Positions 23,562 to 37,778 of a DNA stretch of 64,000 nucleotides are shown piece after piece. Source of the DNA: Octopus sinensis (Eukaryota). The position numbers and the translations under genes were made by a program. The DNA lies in contig NW_021832035.1 in assembly GCF_006345805.1 (NCBI RefSeq), positions 62,001 to 126,000 on the forward strand, in the 5' to 3' direction. Numbering within the stretch: position 1 is the stretch's first letter; each line of letters begins with the position of its first letter. The notes under the pieces were generated by a model, which did no database searches, was not told where the DNA came from, and was given only the letters and a program-made list of their open reading frames with translations.

Positions 23562-24469
23562 TATAATACTGACAGAATGGGGGTGGAATTCATTATAGTT
23601 ATGAGAAATAAAAATGCCATTGTGTTGCAATTATTCAGTTTTAAATTTTGCAATAATAAATATCCATCACAAACAGAGATTTCCAGATATTTACGAGTAT
23701 TATAAACTATATTTTTCTGGGAACGAATTACGATTTATATATAATATTGCTATGGGAAATTGTTGCTCTGTTTTACTAGTTTTCGCTTTACGATCGATCT
23801 CTGGGAGCATATTAACTCGTATATCAAGGCATTACTGTACTTTTAAAGAATTGGTGTGAGTACCAGTCAAGTACAGGAGGTCGATGTAATCGACTTGACC
23901 CCTTCCCGCGAAGTTACTAGCTTTGTGCCCAAATTAAGAAGAATTATTAATATTATTACTATTCTTTCTACTGAGAAAAGATGCTATAACTTGCTCATGA
24001 TCATTGCACAACATTAAAAATAATTAAAAAAAAATGAAATTATTCCGATCGATATTTATCAGCATGAAATTGGAAGGCACGGTAAAAAATGAATTCCAGG
24101 TTTAAGATTTCTTTGTGTTTTTTTTGCGTATTATACAATACAAATCGGGAAATTTTGTTATCGTACCTTGCAATTTTTTATTGATAATAATAACAATCAG
24201 GATATTCTCATAATTTTTTGATTTTTGTGCTATGAGCAAGTTATTGAATGGCAAGAACGTATGGACTTCTGTTCACACACACACACACACACACACATAA
24301 TGTTGTTCTTTATTTTGTAATATAAATAATTTTAGATTAAACTGAAGGGTTATCCAATACTTTTTGTAGAGTACATATTTTATTATTCTTTCCCAAAAAG
24401 TGCTGACAGTGACTTCGAAGTTTCGGATTGCCTATATATATATATATATATATTTTTTTTTTCTTTTTA

Positions 24470-24810
24470 CTTGTTTCAGTCATTTGACTGCGGCCATGCT
24501 GGAGTACCGCCTTTAGTCGAGCAAATCGACCCCGGGACTTATTCTTTGTAAGCCCAGTACTTATTCTATCGGTCTCTTTTGCCGAACCGCTAAGTGACGG
24601 GGACGTAAACACACCAGCATCGGTTGTCAAGCGATGGTCGGGGGACAGACACACACACACACACACACATATACACACGACAGGCTTCTTTCAGTTTCCG
24701 TCTACCAAATCCACTCACAAGGCATTGGTCTGCCCGGGACTATAGAAGATGCCACGCAATGGGACTGAACCCGGAACCAAGTGGTTGGTTAGCAAGCTAC
24801 TTACTACACA
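24470..24810 (-). mobile_element. SINE family A
   Basis: Colinear with the other A copies. The head is clipped next to a 28-bp palindrome. Confidence 0.85.
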
Positions 24811-25058
24811 TAAGGTTAAGATCGATATTTAAATATCGATCTTATCAAGTGGCCAGCATGGGAATAAAAACCTTACACAGGTAATAATTATTTTAAATCA
24901 TAAATTAAGGTATCTGAGAGATACCACCACGCTGAAATAGCAGTCAAAACCTGACCCTAAAGCCACATTAAATGTTCATATAACACTAGGAAAGTAGACA
25001 GAGAGACAAAATAAACTAGCAAAAGAATTTTACTGGATAATTCCAGATCCTGGATTTC

Positions 25059-25107
<49 letters not shown>

Positions 25108-25308
25108 TATATATATATCTTTTACATGTTTCAGTCGGTGGACGGCGGCCATGCTGGGGCACCGTTTTGAAGGATTATATCAAATAACTCTAGCCCAGTT
25201 CTTAATTTTGTTTTTAAGTTTGATTCGTTTTCTATCTGGTCTCTCTTTGTCCAACCGCTAAGTTACGAGGACATAAACAGAGGGTGTCTGGTAGTGTGGG
25301 GACACACA

Positions 25309-25408
<100 letters not shown>

Positions 25409-25476
25409 TGAGCTTCCTCACAGTTTCCGTCTACCCAAATCACACAAGATAGTGGTCAACTCGAAGCTATATTAGG

Positions 25477-25701
25477 GCGGCGAGCTGGCAGAAACGTTAG
25501 CAAGTCGGGCGAAATGCTCAGCTGTATTTCGTCTGCCGTTCTGAGTTCAAATTCCGCCGAGGTCGACTTTGCCTTTCATCCTTTCGGGGTCGATTAAATA
25601 AGTACCAGTCACGCACTGGGGTCGATGTAATCGACTTAATCCGTTTGTTTGTCCTTGTTTGTCCCCTCTATGTTTAGCCCCTTGTGGGCAATAAAGAAAT
25701 A
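25477..25701 (+). mobile_element. SINE family B monomer inserted in an older SINE A
   Basis: Full element flanked by a direct duplication of about 70-90 bp. Confidence 0.9.
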
Positions 25702-26333
25702 TATATATATATACACATACACACATGAGATTCCTCACAGTTTCCGTCTACCTAAATCACACAAGATAGTGGTCAACTCGAAGCTATATTAGGTATCTGT
25801 GAGATTGAACTTGAAATTGTGTGGTCAGGAAGGAAGCTTCTTAACCACACCTCCAAAGTTAAAAAAAAAAAGAAATTCAAGATAGTCGCCATCCATATCC
25901 TTGAAAGCTAACAATTAATATACATTTTTAACGATGTTATTAGGAATCTGGGGCATCAAAATGAATTCCATCCATATACCTTCAACACTGGTGATTAATT
26001 ATGTCACCATTCGAGTTCACTCCCAATATTTTATTTGTTCATTCGTTCAAGTCGACAAACGACGAACATTCTAATTTGAGAGGATATTGAGTTTAAACAT
26101 CGGTTTCCAAAAAACAAGCTGCGCTACATTTTAAAGAAGTATTCTTTATCTTGTATGCAACATCGAAGCATTTATATGTGTGTATGTATACATATATATT
26201 TCTTTACTACTCACAAGAGGGGACAAACAAGGACAGACAAACGGATTAAGTCGATTATATCGACCCCAGTGCGTAACTGGTACTTAATTTATCGACCCCG
26301 AAAGGATGAAAGGCAAAGTCGACATATATGCAC

Positions 26334-26623
26334 ATCACCGTGACCGACCAGGCTATCAGATGTTGCTACACATCGCTGGTCACAATGCGCTTTGCCTTGT
26401 TTTAGCCTTCAAATGATGCCACCTCGCAGGCTAAGCGAGCAGGCCAACAGAAGAAAGAGTGAAAGTTGTGGCGAAAGAGTACAGCAGGGATCGCCACCAC
26501 CACCCTGCCGGGACCTCGTGGAGCTTTAGATGTTTTCGCTCAATAAACACTCACAACGCCCGGTCTGGGAATCGAAACCGCGATCCTACGACCGCGAGTC
26601 CGCTGTCCTAACCGCTGGGCCAT
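26334..26623 (-). mobile_element. tRNA-derived SINE family F
   Basis: Head atggcccagcggttaggacagcggactcgcggtcgtaggatcgcggtttcgattccc (A and B boxes) followed by a non-tRNA body. A second, more decayed copy lies at about 51386-51560 (+). Confidence 0.8.
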
Positions 26624-27190
26624 ATATGTACATAAAACTGTGTATATATGTACGTGTGCTGTGTAAAAGCAATCTCAAGATGAATATTTATTTCAGGTTT
26701 CTTGATTAAATAATATCAAGGTTAATCAATGGTTGGGGGGCCAAAAAAAAAAACAAAACAAAAAAACAGCCCCACTTTTTCAACTCACACATACAGGCAT
26801 ACACGCAAACATGCGCGCACACATACACACACACACACACGCTCACACACTCCCTCTATCTCTCTCAGAGATAGCCAACTAGATGGAAAACCAATTCCAT
26901 TAACTTGGTTCATCATAACATATTCGGAATTAACATTGAAGAACTACTGAGGTTGAAGTCATAGGTCTAACCAAATCTCTCTTCCCACCCTCTCTCTTTC
27001 TCTCGATATATACACACACACACACATATATATATACACAGATATAAAAATAAAAAGTTACATATATTTGAAAGTCAATACATTATCATTGTTATTGGGA
27101 ATTTTTTTAGGTGTTTTCTTTGTGGATTTTCCTGAATACTTTCGGGGTATATTTATAGTCTACTATTTCTTTGGAAATGTATCTGCTTGC

Positions 27191-27237
<47 letters not shown>

Positions 27238-27239
<2 letters not shown>

Positions 27240-27370
27240 CAAAATTTAGAAGATTGACCACTAAAAGTGGACAGCCTGTATACTAGAAATAGACGTAAAA
27301 ATCGCCATTTTACACGGAGAATGTGTTCTCAAGAAAAAACTCAGCAAAAAACCAAAGTGTAAAAATAAGC
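27238..27370. mobile_element. Truncated palindromic MITE-like repeat
   Basis: aaaatttagaagattgaccactaaaagtggac...gtgttctcaagaaaaaa is the inverse of 29350-29488. Confidence 0.4.
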
Positions 27371-27386
27371 AAGACAAATGAAAATA

Positions 27387-27764
27387 TCTCTTCTCTCTCT
27401 ATATAAACGGCAGTTTGTCTGTGTGTGTTTCTGTGTGTCTGTTTGGTTGTACCCTCACCCTGAGCACGGCTTTCAACCGATTCTGATGAAACTTGACACA
27501 CACATAGCCCAATGTCATAATTCAAAACTAACGCAGCGAAAATTTTGAAAAGTTCCCCCAGTTCTGAAAAAAATCGATAAATTCGACATGGGGTCGAGAA
27601 TCAGAAACACAAACCACAGACTGTCTAGGGGACGCAACTCGACCTTTTTTAACTCTCAAAATTTTTTTTCCCATTTTTTTTGCTATTTTTTTGCTATAAC
27701 TCTCTAAAAATGCTTTATAGTTATTTCCCTTACAAACCTGAGCAACGCCGGGCGATACTGCTAG
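27387..27764 (+). mobile_element. Non-autonomous Helitron
   Basis: A|TCtcttctctctctatataa ... cctgagcaacgccgggcgatactgCTAG|T: 5' TC, subterminal hairpin, 3' CTAG, inserted between A and T. Confidence 0.8.
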
Positions 27765-27839
27765 TACAAAATAAAAAACGATTACCTATGTACTAATTAG
27801 TTTCACTTGTTAATAATTTACGTATATGAATACATAAAC

Positions 27840-27870
<31 letters not shown>

Positions 27871-28900
27871 GATATATATATAAGACAAATCTCGAAGATT
27901 TCCAGATCGCTTCAAGTATGATTATATTTATTGTCTGTTGAAGATGATTTGAGGACTTGATTGACATAGAATCACCTGTAGTCACCCATACTACTGTCAC
28001 CGATCACTCATTAAATGAGCTTCTGCAACTTGTAGCCCTCAGGACTTTGTGAATGGCACGCCAAGCGAAAATTTACTTTGAATTTTTGAGTAGTGTTACC
28101 CGCCAAAGCAGCGAACCATGTCTCATGCGGTCCGCTTCTTGAGAAAGATTACCCACGTTTGCTCTACATGGTCTTCCCCTCAGTCAAAATGTGGCAACCA
28201 AAAAACAAAAAAAAAAAAAACGGCATAACTTCGGTATAAGTACCAGAAGTACCGGATACATTTCAAGAAAGTGTTTTTTTTTTTTATATATGGGGGGTTA
28301 GGGTTTGTGTTAGGGTCAGGGGTGGGAGAAAAGGATTTCTGTTATCTTCAGAAATGTAAACAAAGTCACGTGTGTACTTATACCGAAGGATCGCCCCCCC
28401 AAAAATAATAATAATAATAACAATAACAACAAAAACGCGTCTTGTCTCTGATATACAAAGACAGGATGGTCGTGGTTGGAACGCTTCTGATCATAGGTTT
28501 GTTGGGTCAGCGCTGAATCGGAAATATGCTGCAACGGGGTACTCACGCCGAGGAGAATCGAATTACAGAGAAGACAGTAAGACTAAAACTGCTAAAATTG
28601 ACAAAGAAATTTAGAAAGTGAAACCTTTACGAAAAATTAACTGGAAAAAAAAAATTGTTTCCAAACACAAATGCCGTTTGTTTATTCACTGTTCAAAAGA
28701 TAGCAATTGAAAATATAGCTACATAAATTGATCCTCTCATCACATTTTAGAGTAATTGGCGCCACATTAATTCATCAAATTGATTCCACTAACAGGTCGT
28801 GTGCCCCAAATTATTTTAAAAGCTTGTTTACAGCTTTTCCAAGTCTTTCCGAAGATAACAGATCGATAAATTTCCGAGGTGGAATTTCCCTGTCATGTGG

Positions 28901-28950
<50 letters not shown>

Positions 28951-29094
28951 GTAAATACACATATGCGCACACATATATATATAAAACAGTTCATAAAATA
29001 AATATTCTTTTCTACTCTGGGTACAAGGGCCGAAATTTTGGGTGAGGGGGGGCAGTCGATTAGAACGTCCCCCAGTACACAACCGGTTCTTAAT

Positions 29095-29345
29095 TAAAGG
29101 CTGAAAAGCAGAGTCGACCTCGGCGGAATTTGAACGCAGAACGTAAAGACAGACGAAATACCTATTTCTTTACTACCCACAAGGGGCTAAACACAGAGAG
29201 GACAAACAAGGACAGACAAACAGATTAAGTCGATTATATCGACCCCAGTGCGTAACTGGTACTTAATTTATCGACCCCGAAAGGATGAAAGGCAAAGTCG
29301 ACCTCGGCGGAATTTGAACTCAGAACGTAGCGGCAGACGAAATAC
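29095..29345 (-). mobile_element. SINE family B, about 1.3 units
   Basis: Contains the concatemer junction gacgaaatacc|tatttcttt at about 29153-29170. Confidence 0.85.
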
Positions 29346-29499
29346 CACGAAGAATGTGTTCTCAAGAAAAAAAACGCCATAATTTTTACATTTTGGCGTT
29401 TTGCTGGGAATTTTTTTTTTTCTTGAGAACACGTCTATATTTAGCATATAGGGTGTCCACTTTAGTAGTCATTCCTCTTAATTTTGTGCGCGCGCGCGC

Positions 29500-29564
<65 letters not shown>

Positions 29565-30826
29565 CTGTCTAAAGTCGAAAGACGCCTGTTGTTTTTGTCC
29601 TGTTATTATTATTATTATTATTATTATTGTTTTTTGTATTTATATTCGTGTAACATCGTCCGTTTTTCTGTCTTTGTTTCGTATACATTCGATCCTTTTC
29701 CCAAGAAATCTAATGCTCGTAGCTTAGTTTTTCCTTGGGGCTGGCCAGATCGGAGCAATCTCAAGATTAATCAGCCGAAATTGCGAGGATGATCCGGTTC
29801 TTGACTGAAGATTAGAGGATTCGAATGACCCGTCCGTTTTTTGTATCGTCTATTTGAATGTTTTGCGTTCTTGTCCCATTTTATATATTTATATATATTT
29901 ATATATATATATATAATTAATATGTACTTCAGACAATTTTTACCGTCCAGTGAAGAGCACACGGAATTACCCATCGGGAGAATTCACGGAGTGATTAACA
30001 ATTAATTGTAGTCACAGACGTTAGATATTGACCTTTGTGGTTAGCCGTTAACTGGAACTTAATTGAGAGCTAATACGGTATCCATCCAGATAATATATCC
30101 TTCACATTTTCACACACACGTGTGTGTGTGTGTGTATAAAATACTTGCATCTGGCCACCCTTTATATAATCAACGAGGTTGTTGTTTAACCCCAGGTCAT
30201 CTATGATCCAGTAGATTATTGATCAAAGCTATTTCCAGTACGACTATTCCGTTATTCAAACATGGTGTATCTAAAGTCTACATTATCTCGTGTAGCTTTC
30301 CAAGACTAATCCAGTCGTCATTCTAAGGCATTCTTGTAACCATTCCACCTTTTATACAAATAGTGTATTTCGGATTAGAATAAATTATATTCCGCCTTTG
30401 TTGCTTCGCTCCGGCTTAGCGCTGAATCAGCAGATCTCTGGTCAGAGGTGTTCCAGGCGAGATCATACAGTGTTTGTTTTTCAAAAGTTAATGTTCGATT
30501 AGACGATACAAATATGTCCTATTGTATGTGTAATGTAATTTGAGAGAAACTTGGCTCTTATTTCAAGCATGTCTTGCGGCCACGTAGTCTACATTTGGCT
30601 GATCAGATCTAAAGCAAAAAGAAACTCGACCTGCTAGAAATAACATCTAAATCAAACACTATCTTTAAAAGATCGACCACATTAGATAATGAACTCCAGC
30701 TGGAGTCCATATGACCCCTAGAGGTCCTATAACATTTTGTTAAAGGAATTGGTTATACGTCTACAAGACACAAAATATTTTAAATACAATTATAATATTT
30801 AATTGATATTTTTATATACAATTATA

Positions 30827-31241
30827 GGATCTTTTCGGTTTGAACGGCAGTTTTTTCTAGCGGTATCATATGAAATTGTCACCCATAATTATGACCCTAG
30901 TATCAATCTATTGCATTTCAATCTGTTTTAGGGTTAGGGGTGAAGGAAGAGTATCTTTTTTTTTCTTCACAAATGTAAATAAACCCAATCTGTTTCTTAA
31001 ACGAGGGACATATTCATACGGCACAGAATGTTTTTTTTTACCTCAATAGACGTCACTGATTGGTTGAAATTGCAGAAAATGAAGAAAAAAACAACAAATA
31101 TGTTACAAACTATAGAATTTTCTCAATAAAGCCAAGAGAAAAAGATGTTTTATAAATACATTCTACCGGTATACGAAGTTTAAAAGTGATTAATTACGTG
31201 GAATTTATTTTAAAAAACTGCCGGTCAAACCGAAAAGATCC
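30827..31241. mobile_element. GGATC-TIR MITE, copy 2
   Basis: Intact TIRs and an 8-bp TSD caattata (30819-30826 and 31242-31249). Confidence 0.92.
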
Positions 31242-31589
31242 CAATTATAATATTTGGTTGTGAAAATATAATTAACAAGGGGGTCAGTTGAGTGAAATAG
31301 GAATTAAATGAGTCCATAGACAAACAAATGGTTGAGAACCACGGTTTACAGAGAAGATATTTAACCATAGATTTTTCTGGATCAGAACTGACCGGGAGCT
31401 AAGCAACACGTGTCCCATTTATTGTGAGACTCGATTGACTCTGTTCAAATGCTGAAAATAATTTATAGAGACTTGAGTGTCGAATGTTCGTAGCGTGAAA
31501 GAACAATTCACCTTGTGTAAGCAATGTGCCAGTGTTGCGTTTCAATATCCATTATCGATCTTTTTCACACACGCACACACACGTGTGTG

Positions 31590-31608
31590 TGTGTGTATTG
31601 TTGTGTAC

Positions 31609-31641
<33 letters not shown>

Positions 31642-31688
31642 CGTGTGTGTATTGTTGACACAACATCCACTTTTAAGGTGGTGATAAA

Positions 31689-31734
<46 letters not shown>

Positions 31735-32110
31735 TAGATATATATACATACATATATATGTGTGTGTTTGTGTATATATATGTATGTATGTACGTGTGTA
31801 TATATATATGTACGTGTGTATATATATGCATGTATGTATGTACGTGTATATATATATGTACGTGTGTGTATATATATGCATGTATGTATGTATGTATGTA
31901 CGTGTATATATATATGTACGTGTGTGTATATATATGCATGTATGTATGTACGTGTATATATATATGTACGTGCGTGTATATATATGCATGTATATATGTA
32001 TGTATGTGTATCTGTGTATATATATATATATACGTATGTGTATATGTATATATGTGCGCGTATATGAGTATATGTATGTATATATGTGTATGCATGTATA
32101 ACACACACAC
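31590..32110. repeat. (TA/TG)n compound microsatellite
   Basis: About 500 bp of tatatatatg-tacgtgtgta-type units. It is the source of the six overlapping Y/I/V/C/H-rich ORFs. Confidence 0.95.
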
Positions 32111-32799
32111 ATCCATAGATCTATATATAATGGAGTTTTCACGGACCACGTCTCTACCTGTCAATATGAATGTGCATATCTTGTGCGCAATACTTAGGGT
32201 TATATTACAGAATACTTAGAGTTGTAATTACGGAAAAAGGGTCATCTCGACCTTTCTCGTTCTCGGTGAAAGTACTTGAGTTTCTTTTTCCTAATGCTGA
32301 AACCTTATTTCAGATAAAATCAACAATAGATGTTGTACAGGGTAGGGCTGCGGGCAAATTCTCTTCCATATCCATCAATGATTTAAGTTTCTCAGCACAG
32401 ATGTGGCCACTATGCAATTATTTTCAGCCCCGGTAGTACTAAGTGGTCTATCGATCCACTAGAGACAACAGCCGAATTTTCTACTGTGTCTGAAACACGA
32501 ATATGGGATAGGCTTCGCTAAAAGAGTGCCTTCGATCGATAATAGATCTGCTTGACTTTGATCTGGCCTGACCTGGGCCATACAACATTATTTGATGTGC
32601 CTGTTGCCCGCCAGGTAATAATTTGATATTAATGCTTGTATTACCTCCTCTCTAAACATAGCGAAACGGTAACACACACACACACACACACACACACATC
32701 CACTGTTGACAGTGATGAACGATTTAATATCTGATTTCTACTTTTAGAGAAGAAAGAGTGAGATGAAAATGAGAAATTCGTGTAAACATTAGCTTTGTA

Positions 32800-33211
32800 G
32801 GATCTTTTCGGTTTGAACGGCAGTTTTTAACGTAATTTCCAGGTAACTAAAAAATTTTAAACTTCGTATACTGGTAGAATGTGTTTATAAAACATCTTTT
32901 TCTCTTGGCTTTATTGGGAAAATACTATTTGTTTGAAAGATATTTGTTGTTTTTATTCTTCAATTTCTGCAATTTCAACCAAGCAATGACGTCTATTGAG
33001 GTGGAAAACATTCTGTGCCTTATGAATATGTCCCTCGTTTAAGAAACAGATTGGGTTTATTTACATTTGTGAAGAAAAAAAGATACCCTTCCCCCCTAAC
33101 CCTAACCCTAAAACAGATTGAAATGCAATAGATCGATACTAGGGTCATAATTATGGGTGACAATTTCATATGACACCGCTAGAAAAAACTGCCGTTCAAA
33201 CCGAAAAGATC
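32800..33211. mobile_element. GGATC-TIR MITE, copy 3
   Basis: TIRs present. Flanked by a 68-bp direct repeat. Confidence 0.9.
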
Positions 33212-33826
33212 TCTGATTTCTACCTTTAGAGAAGAAATAGGGAGATGAAAATGAGAAATTCATGTAAACATTAGCTTTGAATATGATGAACCCATGGTTG
33301 CATGATTGAAGCATGCAATATCTATTGCGGATATTTCCCTTATATTACATACAGACACATATATGTAAATCCCCATCATATTAAAGTTTTTACAAGTTTC
33401 TTTGACTTTGTAGTTGTACTTTTAGCTGTGGTTCGTTTCCATGTCTTTATATTTTCGTTTCTCATTGTGTTCAACGTTTTTTTTTTTTTTTTGATATCTT
33501 GTACCCATATATGCATGTACATATACATATATATGTTGGTATGTAAATAGGGAGAGTTTACGAAAAAAAAACAAAAGACGAAGACAGGTGGTGTACAAAA
33601 CAAACAGATGTATTAGTTTAACGCTCAGGAATAGAAATAAGTCTTTTACGTTTCGAGCCTACGCTCTTCTACAGAAAGGGACAGAGAGAAAAAAAATGTG
33701 TGTAGTGGCTAACGATCTATCATGGCGACACATATGTACATATGTGTATGTATATATGCATATATTTATATATTATATGATCGAACGCCACGCATCCTTT
33801 TCCAGTAAGTTTTATATATATATATA

Positions 33827-34172
33827 GGCACAGGAGTGGCTGTGTGGTAAGTAGCTTGCTAACCAACCACATGGTTCCGGGTTCAATCCCACTGCGTGGC
33901 ATCTTGGGCAAGTGTCTTCTGCTATAACCCCGGGCCTACCAATGCCTTGTGAGTGGATTTGGTAGACGGAAACTGCAAGAAGCCTGTCGTAAATATGTAT
34001 ATGTATGTGTGTGTGTTTGTCTCCCTAGCATTGCTTGACAACCGATGCTGGTGTGTTTACGTTCCCGTAACTTAGCGGTTCGGCAAAAGAGACCGATAGA
34101 ATAAGTACTGGGCTTACAAAGAATAAGTCATGGCCGCAGTCAAATGACTGAAACAAATAAAAGAGTAAAGAG
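33827..34172 (+). mobile_element. SINE family A, near full length
   Basis: Starts ggcacaggagtggctgtgtggtaagtagc, with a deletion of about 40 bp in the 3' part. Confidence 0.85.
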
Positions 34173-35624
34173 TATATATAAATATATGTGTGTGTGTGTG
34201 TCTGTGTTTACCCACCACCCATAGCTTTACAACCGGTTTTGGTGTGTTTACATCCTCGTAACTTAGCGGTTCGCCAGAAGAACCGATAGAATAAGCAGTA
34301 CAAGCCTTATTTTATGCAACATAGTCCATGACGTTAGGAGTGGTATGTGTGTTGTATTGGTGAATGTTTCAGTTCACAGACGGAGAGAAAAAGGCATTTA
34401 ATGCAATGTCTATAGAAACTGGAGCTTACCTATTTTATAATCTCTCTCATATTTAGGATATATTGTAGGATTGTAAATCGAATCAAGTATTTGACCGGTA
34501 ATTTATTTGATAGACGGAGTTGATCTCGAAGGGATTTCAACGTAAAAGAGCCACAAATAGATTCATTTTTGCCCCATGTTCTGATGATTCTGTACATCCA
34601 ACGTCTATCTATAGCAGTGGTTCTAGACCTTTTTTTTTCATCTACGAACCCCTTGGATTATTATTTTATTTTGGTAGATCTCCCATAACCAGTCGGTGTT
34701 TAAAAACAAGTTTTTTATAGAGACTTCCTATGTATATGTATATATGTGCGCGTATATAGAGTATATGTATGTATATGTGTATGCATGTATATAACACACA
34801 CACAAAGAGAGAGAGAGAACTATATATAATGGAGTTTTCACAGACCATATCTCTACTTGTCAATATGAATATGTATTTCACACTTTCGCTTGCGTAGGTT
34901 TGCAACAGCTCTCTAGAACATGTTTCAGCGGTTAGAAACATATCGAACTACGTAAAATACGAGAGGAAGAAACTTAATTATTTCTTGCACTAAATACATC
35001 TGAAGTAACTTAGCGGTTCGCCAGAAGAGACCGATAGAATAAGCATTAGGCTTACAAAGAATATGTTCGGGGTTCGATTTCTTCGACTAAAAGGCGGTGC
35101 TCCAGCATGGCCATAATCAATTGCCTGAAACAAGTAAAAGAATAAAAGTATATATATATATAATTGTGTGTCTGTGTGACTAGAATACTCAATGTTCAGG
35201 TTAAGGTACTATTATTTACGCACACGTGTATGTACACAGCAGAAGTTTCATAATTTTGCTAGTCTTTTAAAATCATGTTTAGATTAGAAATTGTTACCAG
35301 CGCTGGATTAACCGTTAAGCAAAAGTGGTGGTGGTCGTGGGGGTGGCAGGACATACACACACACATCACAGAAATTGTGAATGGTTTATGGCACAAAAAA
35401 AAAAATCACTTTAAACTTGCTAAATTAATATTCGGAGTGGTTTATTATTATTGGAAATATTTAAAGTGTTCATGGTGTCATAATGAGGATCTTTATCAAA
35501 GACTTTGCAATTAAAAAAAAAGGAAAATAGGAGAAAACTTTTCAAATATAAATCAAGTGGAATTATATACAGAAAGAAACATTATTTTCCATCTGTTTTG
35601 TTTCATTTTGAAACAAATATTTAT

Positions 35625-36015
35625 GGATCTTTTCGGTGTCATATGAAATTGTCACCCATAATTATAACCCTAGAATCGATCTATTGCATTTCAATCTGTT
35701 TTAGGGTTAGGGGTGGGGGGAAGGGTATCTTTTTTTCTTCAGAAATGTAAATAAGCCCAATCTGTTTCTTAAACGAGGGACATATTCATACGGCACAGAA
35801 TGTTTTTTTTACCTCAATGGACGTCATTGATTGGTTGAAATTGCAGAAATTGAAGAAAAAAACAACAAATATCTTACAAACTATAGAATTTTCTCAATAA
35901 AGCCAAGACAAAAAGATGTTTTATAAACACATTCTACCAGTATACGAAGTTTAAAAGTGTTTAGTTATGTGGAAATCATTTTAAAAAAAAACTGCCGTTC
36001 AAACCGAAAAGATCC
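35625..36015. mobile_element. GGATC-TIR MITE, copy 4 (left TIR partly deleted)
   Basis: 11-bp TSD caaatatttat. The join ttttcggt|gtcatatg removes about 25 bp between two cggt microhomologies. Confidence 0.9.
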
Positions 36016-36481
36016 CAAATATTTATTTTATGGTTTATTATCGTTACCATTTAGAATGGCAAATATATGGGGACACCAAAATCTTTCAAGTGCTTCAGGC
36101 TTCTGTCCGTCCCTGATTGTTAATTTTTCAGTATGGGTCGCAATGAAGAAGTGACAGACATCTATAAATTCTCTGGCATTTAAGAAGTTTAATCCACTTT
36201 ATTAATAATTAATTCAAATTTTGGCATAAGGCCAACAATTTTAAGGGGAGTCGGGGTTAGTCGATTATATCGATCTCTGACTCCGGCTGGATTCGAACTC
36301 TGTCAGAACGTAAATAACCGGAAGAAACGCCACCTCGCCGTTTTCATTAGTAATAAAATCAAATCACTCACGAAGATATATATAAATCGGTGCCCAGCAT
36401 GGCCACAGCTCAAGAGCTGAAACTGGAAAACATAAACACACACACACACACATATATAAAATGTGACCTCATGTGGACCGT

Positions 36482-36657
36482 TGGCGATTTTTTTTACCTC
36501 TGTCTTCCCTTCTCTGGATCTTTCCTTCTCCTATGTTTCCGACGAAGAGCTCCGCTCGAAACGTTAAACCCTCCTTCTTTCCTGAGCGTCCAATAATACT
36601 ATATTTGTTCCACGTCCTCGCGTTGTGTTTTTTTGTGCTTTCTTGTTTGGATTAACT
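36482..36657 (+). mobile_element. Penelope-type short repeat P1 with hammerhead-like motif
   Basis: ccgacga-a-gagc-tcc-gctc-gaaacgtt...gagcgtc at 36539-36590. Confidence 0.6.
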
Positions 36658-36658
36658 T

Positions 36659-36723
<65 letters not shown>

Positions 36724-37297
36724 GCATATCACTTGAAAAGATTTCATCTCTGGAAAGGTAAAGAATATGCACATCCGATGTTTAGGGTTAGGGTTACGCT
36801 GAAAACGGGTGGTGTCCGCCTAAAAAACCCACTACCATTATTAATACTCGTGGATACACGAGTTACTTTCATCTTCCATATCTCTGGTCGATAAAATAAG
36901 GCTTAACCGGACAATAGGGAATCCTGCCACCTATATATACCCACCCGCTGATCCTTCCATAATTGCTTATGTTGGACAAAACGTAATCCTATCGGTCGAC
37001 CAAATAAGATACCAAAGTACTGGGATCAATATAATCGATTTAGCCTCCCTTCAAAACTTCTGGGCACATGCAAATGTTAATAAGTAAGGTCGATAGATAG
37101 GCAGAATCGTTAGTGCGTCGGACAAAATGTTGCTTTGGCATTTCATCCTTTCAGGGGCGATAAAATAAGTACTAGTTGAACACTGGTACTTATCGACTTA
37201 CTTTACCTCCAAAATTGCTGGCATTGTGTAAAAATTTGAAATCATTACAGTTCAAATCTTACCGGGGTCAACTTTGCATTTCATTCCTCCTGGGTCG

Positions 37298-37778
37298 ATA
37301 AAATTAAGAACCCCTCAATCACCAGAGTCGGTGGCCCCACGTAACCCGCTTCCCTTTCAAATTTCGGGCATTGTATCTTAACCTGGAACCATTATAAAAT
37401 TAAGAACCCCTCAATCACCAGAGTCGGTGGCCCCACGTAACCCGCTTCCCTTTCAAATTTCGGGCATTGTATCTTAACCTGGAACCATTATAAAATTAAG
37501 AACCCCTCAATCACCAGAGTCGGTGGCCCCACGTAACCCGCTTCCCTTTCAAATTTCGGGCATTGTATCTTAACCTGGAACCATTATAAAATTAAGAACC
37601 CCTCAATCACCAGAGTCGGTGGCCCCACGTAACCCGCTTCCCTTTCAAATTTCGGGCATTGTATCTTAACCTGGAACCATTATAAAATTAAGAACCCCTC
37701 AATCACCCGAGTCGGTGGCCCCAGGTAACCTGCTTCCCCTTAAAATTTCGGGCATTGTAAACTTAACCTGGAACCATT
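37298..37778. repeat. 96-bp tandem array, five units
   Basis: ataaaattaagaacccctcaatcacc... starts at 37298, 37394, 37490, 37586 and 37682. The first four units look identical and the fifth is diverged. Confidence 0.95.

Noticed and set aside
26560-26623. tRNA gene (also at 51386, 41068, 48972)
   Set aside because: A and B boxes are present, but there is no complete cloverleaf or acceptor stem, and each runs into a repeated SINE body.
31542-32219. Long overlapping ORFs of 101-196 aa on both strands (and similar Y/I/C/V/H/T-rich ORFs throughout)
   Set aside because: They are translations of (TA/TG/CA)n microsatellites, which lack stop codons in several frames.
32250-32400. Possible reverse-transcriptase fragment (…RSPTLYNIY…) on the minus strand
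   Set aside because: Only one short motif-like match amid stops, which is not enough to call.
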